From: Nanobdellota archaeon
GTDB taxonomy: Archaea > Aenigmatarchaeota > Aenigmatarchaeia > QMZP01
Assembly: GCA_043814765.1 (NCBI GenBank)
Contig: JBDRJQ010000003.1
Coordinates: 1-17,970, forward strand
Reading direction: 5' to 3'
DNA length: 17,970 nt
The position numbers and the translations under genes were made by a program. Shown piece by piece: positions 15,593 to 17,970 of the stretch. Within the stretch, counting starts at the first letter, position 1. Every line of letters begins with the position of its first letter. The notes beneath the pieces are model-generated. The model was not told where the DNA came from, did not search any database, and saw nothing but the letters and a program-made list of their open reading frames with translations.

Positions 15593-16678
15593 ATGAGTCT
15601 TCTGCCTTATTGCGAAACGCCATTAATTTTTGATTACAAAGAAAACGTATCAAAATCAACTGCAAAAATGTTAAATGAACGAAGACATGAAGCTATAGTG
15701 TTGAATAATGGTAGATATGAAGGCATTGTTTTTGCAAGAGACCTTACAAAAAGAAAGATAAATAATCCAGATAAAACCGCTATTGGAAAATATGCCTCTA
15801 AAATAAATCCGATATCTTTTGAGTATCCTATAGAAGAAGTGATAAACATGATGCTTATCAACGATTATAAATCAATGCCTGTTAAAAGGGGTGATGATTT
15901 TTTTGTGTTAACCAGAATAGGAATTCTTAAATCAATGAAAAACGCTGTTTCTTTCAGAAGCAAAAAACTAAGAGACATAATGAAGTTTCCATATTCTGTG
16001 AGCTATAATGACACCATTTCAACTGCTATGTCTGTTCTAAGACAGACAGGAGTATCACGCCTGCCTGTTGTTAGTAAAACAGGTGGCATAGACGGCCTTA
16101 TTGATGCAGTCGATTTGTTAGAAGCCAATATAGGAGCTAAAAGAATGCAAAAAGGAGAACGTATTGGAGAAAAAACAAAAAAGAGAGAAGCCTTGATTTC
16201 ATCCCTCATAAAAACAACTCCTATCGTTTTAACACCAACAGACACTGTAAAAAGAGCAGTAGAAGAAATGATAGGTAAAAACACGCCTACAGTTTTAGTT
16301 GAAGATAAAAAAACACTAGCAGGAATAGTAACGCCCAAAATGATATTGAAACTTCTTGGCAAAGAACTTTCTGGTGTTTTAGTAACACTTAGCGGAATTA
16401 AGGACGAAGACCCTTTTATAAAATCAGTAGTCGACGAAGAGGTAAGCAATGAAGTTAGAAAACTAAACAAAATTATAGGAATAGAACATCTAATTGTTCA
16501 TATTGACAAGCACCACAAAACAGGCGATCGTTTTAAGTATACTGTTAAAGCCAGGATGATGACCGAAAGGGGAATGTTTTTTGCCGATGATTTTGCTTGG
16601 GACATAACAAAAGCTATAAGGGGCATGCTGCATAAACTCGAAAAAGAATTAATAAAGAAAAAAAGCAAAATCTGTTAA
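15593..16678 (+). CDS. Tandem CBS-domain protein with C-terminal HPF/RaiA-like domain (putative ribosome hibernation factor)
   Basis: Four CBS-like repeats (e.g. SVSYNDTISTAMSVLRQTGVSRLPVV...GLIDAVDLL), then VTLSG...KLNK....L.VHI.K......KYTVKARM....G.F.A....WD...A......KLEKEL. SD GAGGT at 15581-15585. Confidence 0.82.
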   Translation: MSLLPYCETPLIFDYKENVSKSTAKMLNERRHEAIVLNNGRYEGIVFARDLTKRKINNPDKTAIGKYASKINPISFEYPIEEVINMMLINDYKSMPVKRGDDFFVLTRIGILKSMKNAVSFRSKKLRDIMKFPYSVSYNDTISTAMSVLRQTGVSRLPVVSKTGGIDGLIDAVDLLEANIGAKRMQKGERIGEKTKKREALISSLIKTTPIVLTPTDTVKRAVEEMIGKNTPTVLVEDKKTLAGIVTPKMILKLLGKELSGVLVTLSGIKDEDPFIKSVVDEEVSNEVRKLNKIIGIEHLIVHIDKHHKTGDRFKYTVKARMMTERGMFFADDFAWDITKAIRGMLHKLEKELIKKKSKIC

Positions 16679-16680
16679 TC

Positions 16681-16687
16681 TTTATAA
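16681..16687 (+). promoter_or_regulatory. Putative TATA box (leaderless transcript)
   Basis: TTTATAA at -30..-24 from ATG 16711. Confidence 0.5.
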
Positions 16688-16710
16688 GCAAAACATAGAT
16701 AAATGTCTTT

Positions 16711-17220
16711 ATGCCAGTCAAAGATTCGCTAAAATCAAACATGACATATATTATTTTAGGCGTTGCTCTGGCTGTAGCGATAAACATAGGAATGGGGCTG
16801 TTCTTATCAACTGACATGCCGGTTGTTGCTGTAGAATCAAATTCCATGGTTCCAACTTTCAGTAAGGGAGACATACTCGTTCTGCAAGGAATTTCCAGTG
16901 AGGACACTGCTGTGGGAGACATAATCGTATTTTCTGTAAAGGAGCAGACAACTCCTGTTGTTCATAGAGTTATCAGCATAAACGATGACGGCACCTTTAA
17001 GACAAGAGGAGACGCTAACTCTGGTTCCTTATCATTTGAAACCAGTATAGATGCATCACAGATACACGGAAAAAGTATTATGATAATCCCTTATCTTGGC
17101 TGGGTGAAAATAGGGTTAACTGAAATATTTTTACCAAATATTTTGTTTTTCATAATAGTGATAGCTGTGTCTGGAATGATATTCTACAACAAAGACAAAA
17201 TTATGAAGAAATTCGCTTAA
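16711..17220 (+). CDS. sec11: Signal peptidase I, archaeal/ER type (S26B)
   Basis: TM segment, VESNSMVPT (Ser), GD, VVHRV (His), TRGDAN, IPYLGW, second TM segment. Confidence 0.92.
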   Translation: MPVKDSLKSNMTYIILGVALAVAINIGMGLFLSTDMPVVAVESNSMVPTFSKGDILVLQGISSEDTAVGDIIVFSVKEQTTPVVHRVISINDDGTFKTRGDANSGSLSFETSIDASQIHGKSIMIIPYLGWVKIGLTEIFLPNILFFIIVIAVSGMIFYNKDKIMKKFA

Positions 17221-17293
17221 GGGGGATAGGTTTATAAAAAATAACATTATAAGCTTATAATATTAATTTATCATAAACTAGTAACGAGGTCGT

Positions 17294-17617
17294 ATGAAAT
17301 TCTGTGAAAAATGTGGTTCAATTTTAGTAGCAAAAAAAGAAAAAAACGAAATGTTTTTAGTCTGCAGACAGTGTGATTTCAGAACAAAGGAGTATAAACC
17401 AATAGAAATTGAAGAAAACGTTATAAAAAAACCACTAGACGATATCGTTATAATAGAGCAAAACAAAGAAACCATGCCGACAACCAAAACCGAGTGTCCA
17501 AACTGTGGCCACATGGAAGCTGTTTGGTGGATCCAGCAGACAAGAAGCTCAGACGAAGCACCAACACTGTTTTTGAGATGCACAAAATGCAAGCACTCCT
17601 GGCGTGAATACGGTTAA
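17294..17617 (+). CDS. tfs: Transcription factor S (transcript cleavage factor)
   Basis: Two Zn ribbons (CEKC/CRQC and CPNC/CTKC) and catalytic QTRSSDEAPT hairpin. SD GAGGT at 17286-17290. Confidence 0.95.
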   Translation: MKFCEKCGSILVAKKEKNEMFLVCRQCDFRTKEYKPIEIEENVIKKPLDDIVIIEQNKETMPTTKTECPNCGHMEAVWWIQQTRSSDEAPTLFLRCTKCKHSWREYG

Positions 17618-17647
17618 AGATTTATAACTATCCAACAAGCTTTCTAC

Positions 17648-17970
17648 ATGCGCATATTATTACTCGGTAGCAAGGAGTATCCTTTTGGCATCAGTCATAA
17701 ATATGATAAAAAAGCAGGCGGCGGTATAGAGGTTCATGTTGAGAAGCTTGCAAAGTATCTTGCCAAGGATGGCCACAAGGTTTTCATTATTACAAGAAGA
17801 TTTCCAGGACAGCTAAAAAAGGAAACAGCAGGAAATATAACCATATACAGAACCAAGTTTATCTATAACAAATATCTGAGAAACTTCACATTCAACTTCT
17901 CATCTTTTCTAAAAGCGTGGAGACTTATCAGAAAAGAGCGCATAGATCTAATTCACTGCCATGGCGCAGT
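17648..17970 (+). CDS. Glycosyltransferase family 4 (GT-B), N-terminal part, truncated by window end
   Basis: Own translation: MRILLLGSKEYPFG...GGGIEVHVEKLAKYLAKDGHKVFIITR...IDLIHCHG; open to the end of the window; not in the ORF track. Confidence 0.88.
   Translation, partial: MRILLLGSKEYPFGISHKYDKKAGGGIEVHVEKLAKYLAKDGHKVFIITRRFPGQLKKETAGNITIYRTKFIYNKYLRNFTFNFSSFLKAWRLIRKERIDLIHCHGA

Noticed and set aside
1032..17592. Numerous 60-161 aa antisense or alternate-frame ORFs (e.g. 3133-3504, 4887-5372, 16003-16470, 17278-17592)
   Set aside because: They are shadows of well-supported genes, with no motifs or start signals.
1..17970. CRISPR array, transposase, integrase or att-flanked provirus
   Set aside because: No regularly spaced repeats, no recombinase ORF and no duplicated tRNA 3' end were seen.

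Overview
Compact, AT-rich archaeal chromosomal segment. Gene content (Hjc, S17e, TFS, EndoQ, DUF1512, BHB-intron tRNAs, tandem SGC-lipobox surface proteins) and leaderless TATA-type promoters suggest a DPANN lineage such as Aenigmarchaeota; this taxonomy is inference. Left to right: metallophosphoesterase; HTH/COG1709-type regulator; Hjc; a putative amino-acid-catabolic cluster (class I aminotransferase, ADP-forming acyl-CoA synthetase alpha, aldehyde dehydrogenase, NnrD, arginine-synthetase/CpgS-family ATPase with a probable ATT start); three paralogous lipoproteins; EndoQ; DUF1512; a membrane protein; tRNA-Phe, a LAGLIDADG endonuclease and tRNA-Asn; rps17e; a CBS+HPF-like protein; signal peptidase I; TFS; a truncated GT4 glycosyltransferase. 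The most unusual locus is 14246-15306. There tRNA-Phe(GAA) is split by a 28-nt intron in the acceptor stem (position 4/5) whose bulge-helix-bulge is built partly from the 5' leader. A free-standing two-motif LAGLIDADG ORF runs through that leader and exon 1, stops inside the intron, and begins with a degenerate copy of the spliced tRNA 5' end. All family assignments are from motif recognition by eye; no database searches were run.
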